A DNA stretch of 63,520 nt, the filler included. It is 5 parts of 5 records of this genome, joined end to end, with 100 filler letters (N's around TTAATTAATTAA, not from the genome) between each part and the next. Parts side by side here need not be neighbours in the genome. Positions count along the whole stretch, not along the records: positions 1 to 16,292 come from SRR31156797_12728; 4 more parts are not named here. One strand, given 5' to 3'. A model generated the notes under the pieces. It made no database searches and had not been told where the DNA came from. It worked only from the letters and a program-made list of their open reading frames with translations. Each line of letters starts with the position of its first letter. The first letter of the stretch is position 1. This document shows, in pieces, positions 1-9,005 of the stretch. The translations under genes were made by a program, and so were the position numbers.

Positions 1-54
1 TGGTGCGACCGACGAGACTTGAACTCGTACACCCGAAAGCACCACCCCCTCAAG
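1..54 (-). pseudogene. 3' half of host tRNA-Leu(GAG), from anticodon loop to CCA, separated from its 5' half by the element
   Basis: Minus strand reads CTTGAGGG GGTGG TGCTTTCGGGTGT ACGAG TTCAAGT CTCGT CGGTCGC ACCA (variable arm, T-arm, acceptor 3' strand, CCA). Sequence beyond position 55 is not tRNA-like. Confidence 0.92.
47..54 (+). repeat. att core, left junction (CCCTCAAG)
   Basis: Identical to 15897-15904; covers the 7-nt anticodon loop plus one stem base. Confidence 0.88.
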
Positions 55-93
55 TTGGAATGCTATCCCTAAAAAAGGGCTTTGTAAGCCAAC

Positions 94-111
94 TGAGAAA
101 ACGATGAGAAA
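94..111 (+). repeat. Putative integrase arm-type sites (TGAGAAA x2)
   Basis: TGAGAAA at 94-100 and 105-111; the same tandem recurs near the right end at 15691-15709. Confidence 0.5.
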
Positions 112-129
112 TTTAAACTTAGTTAAACC

Positions 130-1275
130 TTATGCCATACTAATTAAAGCATTAAATATATCTGCTTTATTTTTGGCTTTTTCTTGCTTGTGATTATCTT
201 CTAAACAATCTAAATTATAGTGTTCATCCGTAATTCTTGAACCTTTTGAGTGTCCTACAACTTCTTGAATATCCTCAAGTGAAACTTTATCAGATTGCCT
301 CATCATACTTACATAAGTTCTTCTCATTGCATATAATGTTTTATACTCAACTTCAATCACTTTTAAAAACGGTTTGAAGTGATAATCTGTAATAGTTTTT
401 GATTCTTTAAAAGGCTTTCCATTTTTTGAAATAAAAAGCCATTCTTTAGACATTCTAAAAGTTTTAAACCTTTTTAATAAATCAATTGTTTCAGGGAAAA
501 GGTATATTTCTCTTAAGTGATTTTTATTTTGATGAATAACTTCACTTGATTCAGTAATTACACCTTTCGAGATACTTCTATTTATTTGAAAGAAACCTCT
601 TTCTAAATCAAAATCATCCCATTTCAGACCCATAGCTTCACCTGTTCTTAGTCCATATTTAATAGATATTTCAAGAAAAATCTTTAACCATCCTTCAGAT
701 TCATTTAACATTTTTTTTACTTCTGAAACTGTGTAAGCTTGTGTTGTCTTAACAGTTTTCTTAAATTGATGCTTTTGAACAATTCTTGCTCTAACTATAT
801 TTTTTTTCATTAAGTCTTCATCATGAGCAGTTTCTAAAATATTACATAGAATATTTTTTATTCTTTTACATCTATCATAAGAATATTTTTCTGTAACTGA
901 ATTAAAAAACTCAAGTAAATTTAAAGAAGTAATATCGTTAAATTTGAACTCTTTAAAATAAGGGACTATAATTCTCTCTAAGATTCTTTCATACTCTTTT
1001 TGAGTTTGAATGCCTCTGTTATAAGAATCACTTCTTAAAACTCTAAGTCCAAAATCTTCTAAACTAAATTCATTGTTTGAATCATCTTTTATATTTAAAA
1101 TATTTAAAAGAACTTGTATAGGGTCTTGCTTTTGCATCCATTTTTTATTTAATGGAGTGGCTTTTTTACCTATACTTTTTTTGTATGTTTTTCCGTTAAT
1201 TGTACCTTGTACATAAATCGCATTAGATTCTTTTCTTATGTAAAAAGAACCATTACTACAAAATAACTTACTCAT
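130..1275 (-). CDS. Tyrosine recombinase/integrase of the element
   Basis: GLRTGEA (catalytic R), YAMRRT (HxxR variant), VGHS and HY motifs; adjacent to att. Confidence 0.93.
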   Translation of the reverse strand: MSKLFCSNGSFYIRKESNAIYVQGTINGKTYKKSIGKKATPLNKKWMQKQDPIQVLLNILNIKDDSNNEFSLEDFGLRVLRSDSYNRGIQTQKEYERILERIIVPYFKEFKFNDITSLNLLEFFNSVTEKYSYDRCKRIKNILCNILETAHDEDLMKKNIVRARIVQKHQFKKTVKTTQAYTVSEVKKMLNESEGWLKIFLEISIKYGLRTGEAMGLKWDDFDLERGFFQINRSISKGVITESSEVIHQNKNHLREIYLFPETIDLLKRFKTFRMSKEWLFISKNGKPFKESKTITDYHFKPFLKVIEVEYKTLYAMRRTYVSMMRQSDKVSLEDIQEVVGHSKGSRITDEHYNLDCLEDNHKQEKAKNKADIFNALISMA

Positions 1276-1519
1276 CGTTATTGCCTCCTATTATTGATAA
1301 TAATTGAAGTGCAACTTTTTTCGACATATATATTTTACCACCTTCTTTCCAAAAATCGGTTTCAGGTTCATAATTGTTTATTAGATTAGCTCTAACACCT
1401 TGTCTTGTCATTCCTGTTTTTTCGCATATAAAAGAAATTGCTATTTTGCTCGGGAATAAAGAGTTAAATAGATTTCTTTGCTCCAATAACATTTTTTTTA
1501 TTTCATATAATTCCTTCAT
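1268..1519 (-). CDS. Small HTH-like protein, possible excisionase/recombination directionality factor
   Basis: 83 aa from MKELYE with RBS AAAGGA; overlaps the integrase start; HTH-like ICEKTGMTRQGVR. Confidence 0.55.
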   Translation of the reverse strand: MKELYEIKKMLLEQRNLFNSLFPSKIAISFICEKTGMTRQGVRANLINNYEPETDFWKEGGKIYMSKKVALQLLSIIGGNNDE

Positions 1520-1538
1520 TTGGTTTTCCTTTCGTTCC

Positions 1539-1573
1539 TCAGCCATCGAGGGCTTTTTGTATTAACTCCTTAA
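1539..1573 (-). repeat. Duplicated leader motif, copy 1
   Basis: TTAAGGAGTTAATACAAAAAGCCCTCGATGGCTGA; near-identical copy at 2036-2071. Confidence 0.7.
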
Positions 1574-1603
1574 GTTAAAATTGTTAGCTTTTTACAGCAC
1601 CAG

Positions 1604-1625
1604 TAAGAAGAGTTTCCTCTTCTTA
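1604..1625 (-). terminator. Hairpin after the 1623-2015 gene
   Basis: TAAGAAGAG-TTTC-CTCTTCTTA, a perfect 9-bp stem; weak U tract. Confidence 0.4.
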
Positions 1626-2015
1626 TCTTAATAGTAATTTTGCTTTTTTTAATTCTTTTTCAAATTGATTAAAATTCATACTTTTAATTAATAAAATAAG
1701 ATAAATCTGTACAGTATTAGACAAAGGTCTTATTTTTCTAAGAATATCTTTTTCTAATTTTTCAGGCTCTCCAAATTGTGATAACATCATAAACTCATAT
1801 TGAATTGCTTCTTTAAAATAACTTTGTATAAAGTTATCAATTTTGAAAGCTGCCATAGGGATATAAGTATCAAAAAATACACAATATAAAGCCCCATATT
1901 CTTCTACTGTAAGATTTGTTTTTCTAATTGATTCTATAATCACCTTTTTATCTTCATTTACTAATTTTTCATTAATTGTTTTTAGTGTAATTACCACATT
2001 TTCGTTGTTAAACAT
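1623..2015 (-). CDS. Hypothetical protein
   Basis: ORF with RBS AAGGAG before MFNNEN; no motif recognised. Confidence 0.6.
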   Translation of the reverse strand: MFNNENVVITLKTINEKLVNEDKKVIIESIRKTNLTVEEYGALYCVFFDTYIPMAAFKIDNFIQSYFKEAIQYEFMMLSQFGEPEKLEKDILRKIRPLSNTVQIYLILLIKSMNFNQFEKELKKAKLLLR

Positions 2016-2035
2016 TTTTTCTCCTTTTTCAGTCA

Positions 2036-2071
2036 TCAGCCATGAGAGGGCCTTTTGTATTGACTCCTTAA
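2036..2071 (-). repeat. Duplicated leader motif, copy 2
   Basis: TTAAGGAGTCAATACAAAAGGCCCTCTCATGGCTGA. Confidence 0.7.
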
Positions 2072-2199
2072 TTTTTTAAATTTAATTAAAACCAGTTACT
2101 TAAATTTAGTCACTATAAAATTCATTTAATGAATAAATTTCCACCTTTTAACCATAAAAAATAGTTAAAAAAATTGGGAAGCTTTCACTTCCCGAAAAA

Positions 2200-2667
2200 T
2201 TAAAAACCATTTTGAATCATTTTATCTACATCAGAAGGAATCCTCTTAATTCTGCTGTTTTCTTCTTCTAATTCAATTAATGTTTTTAATTGTCTTAAAT
2301 GAGTACAGAATTGTAAAACTTCTGCATATGTTTCTTTTCTTTCATTTTCATAAAACTTTTCTCTATCTTTTTTTCCGTAATAGAAAAGTTGCTTTTTAGT
2401 TTTTTTTACTTTTTTAGCTCCAATAATATCTTTTCCGTCTTTTTTAGGAGAGGGGATAACAATATTTTCATCATATAATTCTTCTTTAAAATTACCATAT
2501 ACTTTAAAAATATGTTTATTTGCATCTACCATCGGAGTAACTCTATCAAAATTAAAAACTAATTGTTCCAATGTAAATTTTAACCTATGCTTTTCTATAA
2601 AGTTTTCACAAAACTGAATCATATCATTAATGTATGTTTCATCTATATTCAAGTTTATTTTGAACAT
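2200..2667 (-). CDS. Hypothetical protein
   Basis: 155-aa ORF with RBS TAAGGA; followed by a GGGAAG/CTTCCC hairpin at about 2174-2196. Confidence 0.65.
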   Translation of the reverse strand: MFKINLNIDETYINDMIQFCENFIEKHRLKFTLEQLVFNFDRVTPMVDANKHIFKVYGNFKEELYDENIVIPSPKKDGKDIIGAKKVKKTKKQLFYYGKKDREKFYENERKETYAEVLQFCTHLRQLKTLIELEEENSRIKRIPSDVDKMIQNGF

Positions 2668-2842
2668 ATAAAGTCCTTATTTTAATTTTTAACAATAAAT
2701 TGTAAAAGTTAACCTATGGATAGATTAACACACACGATTAAGCTATAAAAACTTAATCAACATTGAAACTATAACTTAGATTTTATTAAAACTTCCTTAA
2801 GGGTATAAAAAAATACAAAAATATATTTTTTTATACTGTTTA

Positions 2843-2851
2843 TGTTAAAAT
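2843..2851 (+). promoter_or_regulatory. Extended -10 promoter (TGnTAAAAT) for the kinase operon
   Basis: TGTTAAAAT about 30 nt upstream of ATG 2881. Confidence 0.45.
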
Positions 2852-2880
2852 ATCATTTACTATTATAAAAGTGAGTATAA

Positions 2881-4449
2881 ATGGAAGTAAATATAATAAA
2901 GAAATTATCAGATTATTTAAAAAATAATGATTCTATTGAGAATAGTTTAGGAAAGTTTATCTTAGGAAAGCAGCTGGGACAAGGTGGTACATCAGTAGTT
3001 AGAGAGGCGACTTTGAATGAAAAAGCATCATATGCAATTAAGTTTTTAACTGAAAATATAATATCAAAAGAATCAAAGGCTTATCTTCGATTTAAGCAAT
3101 CATATATAAATATACTTTCAATTCAGGATACAGGGGTAGTTCTTCCTCAAATTTATTTTGATAATATAAAAATAGATGAATATACTGTAATTCCTTATTC
3201 TATAATGTTAAAAGCTGATAAAACTTTAAAAGATGTTGTACATGAAAAAGAAATGAGTTATGAAAGATTTGAGAAAATATTTAATTACTTAGTACATATA
3301 ATAGGGACAATCCATAAGTATAATATTATTCATAGAGATTTAAAACCTGAGAATATATTTTTAATTAATAATAAACTAGTTCTAGGAGATTTTGATATTG
3401 CAAAGTTTAATGATACAGAGCACATTAAATTTCACGAAACAAAAAGTAATGAACGACTTGCAAACTATCAGTTCTCCGCACCTGAACAGTCAGTAAAAAA
3501 GTTTGAAGAAATTGATGAAAGGGCAGATTTATTTGCATTAGGACAAATTTTATACTGGCTTGTAACAAAAACAACTCTTAGAGGACAAGAATCAATTAAT
3601 TTAAAAGGCTATGATACTAGATATAGAAAGTATGAGGAATTAATTACTAAGCTATTACAAAATGAAAGGGATTTAAGGTTTTTAAATGTTGGAGAAATAG
3701 AACAGTTTTTAAAACAAAAAGATAGACATAGGCAAGAACAAGAAGAGATTTCTAAATCTTTTAAAACTTTAAGATTATTTGATGAAATAATTGATAAATA
3801 TGCACATGACAAAAGTTATCGAAGTTTTAAAAAAATTGAAAGTATAGATATAATTAATGAAATAATGACTGATTTATCAAGCCAGTTTAAAGAGATGAGA
3901 TTATGGTGGAGCCAAGGAACAAGAGATAACGAAATAGAGAAAATTGAAAAGTATGTGTCTTTATCTTTAAAGGAAAAAGTGATTGATAATTGTATAAAAA
4001 ATACAAAATGGATAGTTGATTGTTTTGAATTTTCAATAAAAAGTATTTGGATATATAAATATGGTGATGTTGGTGCAAGTACAATAATTATTGAAACGGA
4101 ACCACTTAAAACTTTTGGCATTTATGATGGAAAATATGATTCAGAGGAAGTTGCGATATTTAAAAATAAGTATATTTCAAGAAGACATTACGACAACGGT
4201 TGGACTGAAATAAAAGGAAAAAAAGTTAGAATAGATTCGCCTTGTGAAATAAGAGTTAGACACTTATATAGTGATTTGTTCTTTATATCTCCTTATGATG
4301 GGTCAATAATTTCTAATGACCAAACAAGAACAGAATTAATTCTTTTAGATATTTATAATCAACATAAAAAAGGTACAACTTTAGATGAAAATTTACTTGC
4401 ACCAATAAAAGAGTTTAGAAGAAAATCAAAAATTGCATTATGGAGTTAA
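2881..4449 (+). CDS. Hanks-type Ser/Thr protein kinase with an uncharacterised C-terminal domain
   Basis: LGQGGTSVV, YAIK, HRDLKPEN, DFD (for DFG), SAPEQ and ADLFALG motifs. Confidence 0.93.
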   Translation: MEVNIIKKLSDYLKNNDSIENSLGKFILGKQLGQGGTSVVREATLNEKASYAIKFLTENIISKESKAYLRFKQSYINILSIQDTGVVLPQIYFDNIKIDEYTVIPYSIMLKADKTLKDVVHEKEMSYERFEKIFNYLVHIIGTIHKYNIIHRDLKPENIFLINNKLVLGDFDIAKFNDTEHIKFHETKSNERLANYQFSAPEQSVKKFEEIDERADLFALGQILYWLVTKTTLRGQESINLKGYDTRYRKYEELITKLLQNERDLRFLNVGEIEQFLKQKDRHRQEQEEISKSFKTLRLFDEIIDKYAHDKSYRSFKKIESIDIINEIMTDLSSQFKEMRLWWSQGTRDNEIEKIEKYVSLSLKEKVIDNCIKNTKWIVDCFEFSIKSIWIYKYGDVGASTIIIETEPLKTFGIYDGKYDSEEVAIFKNKYISRRHYDNGWTEIKGKKVRIDSPCEIRVRHLYSDLFFISPYDGSIISNDQTRTELILLDIYNQHKKGTTLDENLLAPIKEFRRKSKIALWS

Positions 4450-4450
4450 A

Positions 4451-5725
4451 ATGAAAAAAGCTTTTTTAATTGGTGCAGGTTTCTCTTATGATTTAGGTAT
4501 GCCATTAGCATTTGAATTGACTGAAACTTTTTTAAGTTTGTTTACTAAAAGAAGTGTTGAAACTTTCTGTAATGTTCTTTCAATGAATAACCCTTATGGA
4601 AATGAAAGACCTATTAATAAAACTGCTCTTAAAGAAGCACTTACAATGCTTCTAGAGTATAAAGAGAACAATGGAAATAATTATGAAGAGATTTTGTCAA
4701 ACATACAAGATTTAAGAAATAATCATGAAAAAACTTTATCTGACAAAGATTCATACAGTTATGTATTTTCTATTATGTATGATATTATTTGGCAAATACT
4801 ATACTTGTATCAAGTTAAATCTTATGAATTAATTTATGAAAAAAATAAAGAATTTTATAGAAAGATTGAAGATTTATTTGGAGAAGAAGAGTGTTGGATA
4901 TTTTCATTAAATCATGATTTATATGTTGAATTATTAGCATTAGATTTTAAAATACCCATTTCTTATGGAGATACTGATTCTATAATATTCCCTTTAAATA
5001 ATATAGATAAAAACACAAAGATAAATTTTAGCTATACCCTTAATGATAATTTCTTTAAAGAAAAAATGAATTTCCATAAAAAAAACAAAAGTATTAATCT
5101 CGTGAAGTTACATGGTGGTTTAGGAGAGTTTGAATATAAAGACAAAAAGTTACAATGTAATTTAAGTCTAGATAATAGAGAATCTTCTTTTGAGTTAATA
5201 AATGATTTTAAAAACTATAACAATATGGCATATTATCACAATGGAGTTAAAGTACCTAGTGGAAAAGATAGAGTAGTTACTAATAGTTTAGGAGAATTAG
5301 ACATTATTGTAAAATCAATGCTAACTGGTGGAAATAAGTATAGTAAAACATCAAATGAAAAAAAGGGTGAAGAAAAGCTTAAAATTTTTAGTGATATTTT
5401 AACAGAAATTGATGAATTAACTGTAATAGGATATGGTTTTGGAGATAATCATATTAACTTTAGATTATCAAATGCAATGGTTTTAAATCCTAATTTATCA
5501 ATCAGCATAATTGAACCTATGAACATTAATACCCCTGATATTTTAAATCAATTTGATTATGACAATAGAGTAAAAAAGGCAATGTGTACAGCTACACAAT
5601 GGTTTAATTACTATAAAGAAAAAACTTGGAATCAAGATTTAAATAAATCAATTATAGATAATAATGAGCTTAGAAATAAGATAAAAAGTGAAGTATTAAA
5701 TTCCTTGTATAAATTGAATAGATAG
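4451..5725 (+). CDS. SIR2-like (SIR2_2 type) protein, putative NADase effector
   Basis: FLIGAGFS, SLNHD, KLHGG and IGYGFGDNHIN motifs; ATG lies 1 nt after the kinase stop. Confidence 0.88.
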   Translation: MKKAFLIGAGFSYDLGMPLAFELTETFLSLFTKRSVETFCNVLSMNNPYGNERPINKTALKEALTMLLEYKENNGNNYEEILSNIQDLRNNHEKTLSDKDSYSYVFSIMYDIIWQILYLYQVKSYELIYEKNKEFYRKIEDLFGEEECWIFSLNHDLYVELLALDFKIPISYGDTDSIIFPLNNIDKNTKINFSYTLNDNFFKEKMNFHKKNKSINLVKLHGGLGEFEYKDKKLQCNLSLDNRESSFELINDFKNYNNMAYYHNGVKVPSGKDRVVTNSLGELDIIVKSMLTGGNKYSKTSNEKKGEEKLKIFSDILTEIDELTVIGYGFGDNHINFRLSNAMVLNPNLSISIIEPMNINTPDILNQFDYDNRVKKAMCTATQWFNYYKEKTWNQDLNKSIIDNNELRNKIKSEVLNSLYKLNR

Positions 5726-5735
5726 AAAGGCTTTT

Positions 5736-7100
5736 ATGAAAACACCAACTATACCAAATGTGACTAATTTACAAAATGGTGAGATAATAAAATCTATAGA
5801 TTTTTTTAGTATGGATGAAGAGTCTATATTTAAAATTAGAACAGAGAATGAAAAGTACTTACAGAAAGATATAAAGTTTTTAGTATGTTCTCTTTGTCAT
5901 CAATCAGTAAAAATACGGGGTGGTATCGATAAGTCAAAGAGCTTACATTTTTCACATCTTCATAGTTCAGGAGATTGTCCAATTAAAACTGGACAATCTT
6001 ATACTACGGAAGAAATCAATGCAATGAAATATAATGGGGCGAAAGAAAGTGAAGAACATAAAAAATTAAAAAACTTTATCTATGAAATGCTTTCAAAGGA
6101 CAATAATTTTTCTAATACTGAAATAGAAAAAACATTTAAAAATACAGGTCTTCAAAAGAATTGGAAACGACCAGATGTTTCTACTAACTTTAAAGGTCAG
6201 AATATTGTTTTTGAAATACAATTATCAACTACTTTTCTAGATGTGATTGTAAGTAGGCAAAATTTCTATTATGCTAATAATACTAATATCGTATGGGTTT
6301 TTAATAAATTTCCAAAAGATTTATCTAAATTAAGATTTACAGAAAAAGATATTTTGTACTCAAATAAGAATAATGTTTTTGTTCTTGATGATGAAATGAT
6401 TGAGAAGTCTATAAAAGCTAATGCACTTATTTTTAAGTGCTATTATATGAAGATAAATCCTGAAAAAAGTAAAGGAAGTAAAATAGAAACTTCATGGGAA
6501 CATGAAGAGGTTAATGTAGTTGATATAACCTATGATGAAATTACAAATAAAAGCTATATCTACAATTATGACTCAGCAAAAGCAAGACTATTGTTTGAAA
6601 AGAAATTGAAGAAAATAAACCCTATGTATTCATTAATATTAGATGGTATTAAAGAGATTGAATTAGAAGGTCGAAGATACGATTGGAATTTATCTAATGT
6701 ATTAGACTCAACTTATTTTGATTATTTTGACCCATTTTCCTTAGAGGAACTTGTAGATGCACAAGAACTAATAGGCTTTTTATTGACTATTCTTTTTTAT
6801 GGTAGAAAACAGGAACGAGACTATGAATCAAGGTATCGAAGTTCAGATGGATATTTCATTAGGCTATTAAATCACATGATAGATTATAGAAAAGAGCATA
6901 TGGATATTTTATTAAGAGCTATTGATACATATGACAAGAGATTGATGATTCTTAACAATGATAAAAAAGGTAAGTTTAGAGAAAGACTTATTGAATATAA
7001 AAAAGATACACCCATACAGTCAAACAAGCATGATAAAGTATTGCAGTTTTTATTTCCTGAGCTTTTTTATAATATGGGGATACCTATAGTAAAAAAATAA
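5736..7100 (+). CDS. CoiA/DUF6035-like Zn-ribbon PD-(D/E)XK nuclease
   Basis: CSLC...HFSH...CP zinc motif; ESEEH; RPDV...FEIQLS nuclease core. Confidence 0.8.
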   Translation: MKTPTIPNVTNLQNGEIIKSIDFFSMDEESIFKIRTENEKYLQKDIKFLVCSLCHQSVKIRGGIDKSKSLHFSHLHSSGDCPIKTGQSYTTEEINAMKYNGAKESEEHKKLKNFIYEMLSKDNNFSNTEIEKTFKNTGLQKNWKRPDVSTNFKGQNIVFEIQLSTTFLDVIVSRQNFYYANNTNIVWVFNKFPKDLSKLRFTEKDILYSNKNNVFVLDDEMIEKSIKANALIFKCYYMKINPEKSKGSKIETSWEHEEVNVVDITYDEITNKSYIYNYDSAKARLLFEKKLKKINPMYSLILDGIKEIELEGRRYDWNLSNVLDSTYFDYFDPFSLEELVDAQELIGFLLTILFYGRKQERDYESRYRSSDGYFIRLLNHMIDYRKEHMDILLRAIDTYDKRLMILNNDKKGKFRERLIEYKKDTPIQSNKHDKVLQFLFPELFYNMGIPIVKK

Positions 7101-7119
7101 TTACTACAAGATTTAGCTT

Positions 7120-7155
7120 AAAGCAATATGAAATTTACAAACATATTGCTTTTTC
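7120..7155 (+). terminator. Intrinsic terminator closing the kinase-SIR2-nuclease operon
   Basis: AAAGCAATATG...CATATTGCTTT 11-bp stem ending in a T run. Confidence 0.55.
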
Positions 7156-7399
7156 TCTCAATAATGGAATGGAAATAATTCTAGCTACTTATAACAAGGT
7201 ATGAAAGCTTTACGAAGCTATAACTTTTAAAACAGGAGCTACGAATGAATACACTAACAGAAGTGCTACAAACTTGTAGCAACTTATGACAATTCTTAAT
7301 ACAAAATCTTTTTTGATAATACAAAGCTAAAAGTATTATTCCAAAAAGAAATATGAGTGGCATCATATTTTTGTATTACTGAATTGAGACCCCGAGGGA

Positions 7400-7443
7400 G
7401 CTTCCATCTCTATTGCATATTTTCTGCAATAGAGATTGGAAGC
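7400..7443. other. Long inverted repeat, candidate oriT or recombination site
   Basis: GCTTCCATCTCTATTGCA-tattttc-TGCAATAGAGATTGGAAGC (18-bp stem with one bulge). Confidence 0.45.
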
Positions 7444-7766
7444 AATACAAAAATCACAGATGTGAAAAGATATATCGAAGAAATGGGCATTTAGCGATGT
7501 CCATTTTTGATATTTTTTGTATAAAAATACTCTAAAAACTGACAACTGCTTGAATAATTAACTACTGCCAAAAAACTTACTGCTAAAGTTAATATCAAGT
7601 CATTTTATTTCTACTTATTACTTGCTACTATGACACTTGTCATTGCCTTTTGACATTTCGTAATATTGTCCATAAAAAAATTACAGGTCTAAACCTCAGT
7701 CAAGAAATAAACAAATTTACAAACTCTTTCAGGGGTTGAATTAATTCAACATTAGGAGTTTAGAAA

Positions 7767-8129
7767 ATGTTTACACAAAAGAAAAAAGCATATTATGCAA
7801 AAATACTAGGATTTAAAAATATAGAAGATTTTGAAACTTTTTCTAAAAGATATTCAAAATTTTTAGAGAAACAAACCATTACAAAAAATAGAGTTATGAG
7901 TGGGTTTTTTATTTTAGTAGAGATTCAAAAAGAAGCTCTTAAAAATAAATCGTTAATCAACTTTGATAATATCAAAAATCAACACATCAAAAAATATGCA
8001 GATACTATTTTAGAACTTAGAAAAAATGGAAATGGTAGTTTATCAATATCAAAGTACCTCTATGAAAATCATAGAGTTAAAATCTCAAGAGGTACTATTG
8101 AGAAGTTTTATAAAAATAATGGGTTATAA
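7767..8129 (+). CDS. Basic protein with a C-terminal HTH-like segment
   Basis: RBS AGGAG; SLSISKYLYENHRVKISRGTIEKFY; coupled to the next gene. Confidence 0.7.
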   Translation: MFTQKKKAYYAKILGFKNIEDFETFSKRYSKFLEKQTITKNRVMSGFFILVEIQKEALKNKSLINFDNIKNQHIKKYADTILELRKNGNGSLSISKYLYENHRVKISRGTIEKFYKNNGL

Positions 8130-8133
8130 GATT

Positions 8134-8994
8134 ATGGCAAATTTAAAAGGTGGTACATTTGAAAAGCAGATTAAAGATGCTTTTCATAGATTAGAAGCTT
8201 TTAAAATTGGTAGAGTTGGGAAAAATGATAACCTTACTCACTCTGATAAACTTGCAGAAAAAAGAGAAATGTATTTAAGGGATATTAAAAACTACTTTGA
8301 AAGCAATAACCTAGAAGGAAAATTAAATTCTCTTCTCACAAAAGAAAACCTCAATAACTTTTTTAATGAAAGATTTGAAAACCTATCAACTACATCCCAA
8401 GAGAATTATTTAAGAGGTGTTTCTTCAATGTTAAAAGGCTTAGAACAGAAAAACATTTATATACCTTTACATCTTGAAGATAAAAACTATTTTGATGATA
8501 AAGTAGCTCAAATAAAAGACCAGGCTGAAATAATTATTGAAAATAGATACATTAATAATGTAGATTCTGTAATCTCAAATTTATATGAAGATAGAACTAT
8601 AACAGGACTTATCGCACAAGTTCAATATGAGTTATCAATAAGACAATCAGAAGCCTTTGAATTAATAAAAAATCCAAGTATATATATAGATAATGGAATT
8701 GTAAGTAACCTTATAGGGAAAGGTAATCATATGTATGAACCTAAAGAAATATCTTTTGAGCTTGAACAAAAGATTTTAAATAATACGGAAAATTTAATTG
8801 ATAAATCAACATATTATAAAGATTTACAAAAATATGATATTAGTTCACATGACTTTAGATTTACTGCTGCAAGAGACAAATTTGAAGAGAAAGTTAATAA
8901 TGGAATTTCTGAAAAAGAAGCAAAACTTCAAGTTAGTTCAGAACTTAATCATAAACGGGAAGCAATAACAAATTATTATTTAGAAAGAACCTAA
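8134..8994 (+). CDS. Second tyrosine-recombinase-family protein (resolvase or atypical relaxase)
   Basis: SIRQSEA, GKG, SHDFR, LNH and NYY give a full R-K-HxxR-H-Y set; start taken as MANLKGG. Confidence 0.8.
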   Translation: MANLKGGTFEKQIKDAFHRLEAFKIGRVGKNDNLTHSDKLAEKREMYLRDIKNYFESNNLEGKLNSLLTKENLNNFFNERFENLSTTSQENYLRGVSSMLKGLEQKNIYIPLHLEDKNYFDDKVAQIKDQAEIIIENRYINNVDSVISNLYEDRTITGLIAQVQYELSIRQSEAFELIKNPSIYIDNGIVSNLIGKGNHMYEPKEISFELEQKILNNTENLIDKSTYYKDLQKYDISSHDFRFTAARDKFEEKVNNGISEKEAKLQVSSELNHKREAITNYYLERT

Positions 8995-9005
8995 AAAAGA
9001 GAGTT

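Noticed and set aside
1528-1546. CTGAnGA...GAAA in the duplicated leader resembles a hammerhead ribozyme core
   Set aside because: Only 2 nt separate CUGAnGA and GAAA, so there is no stem II, and no convincing stems I/III are present in either copy.
7181-7545. Two short minus-strand ORFs (61 and 60 aa)
   Set aside because: No clear RBS or motif, and they overlap the hairpin-rich region; probably spurious, though not excluded.
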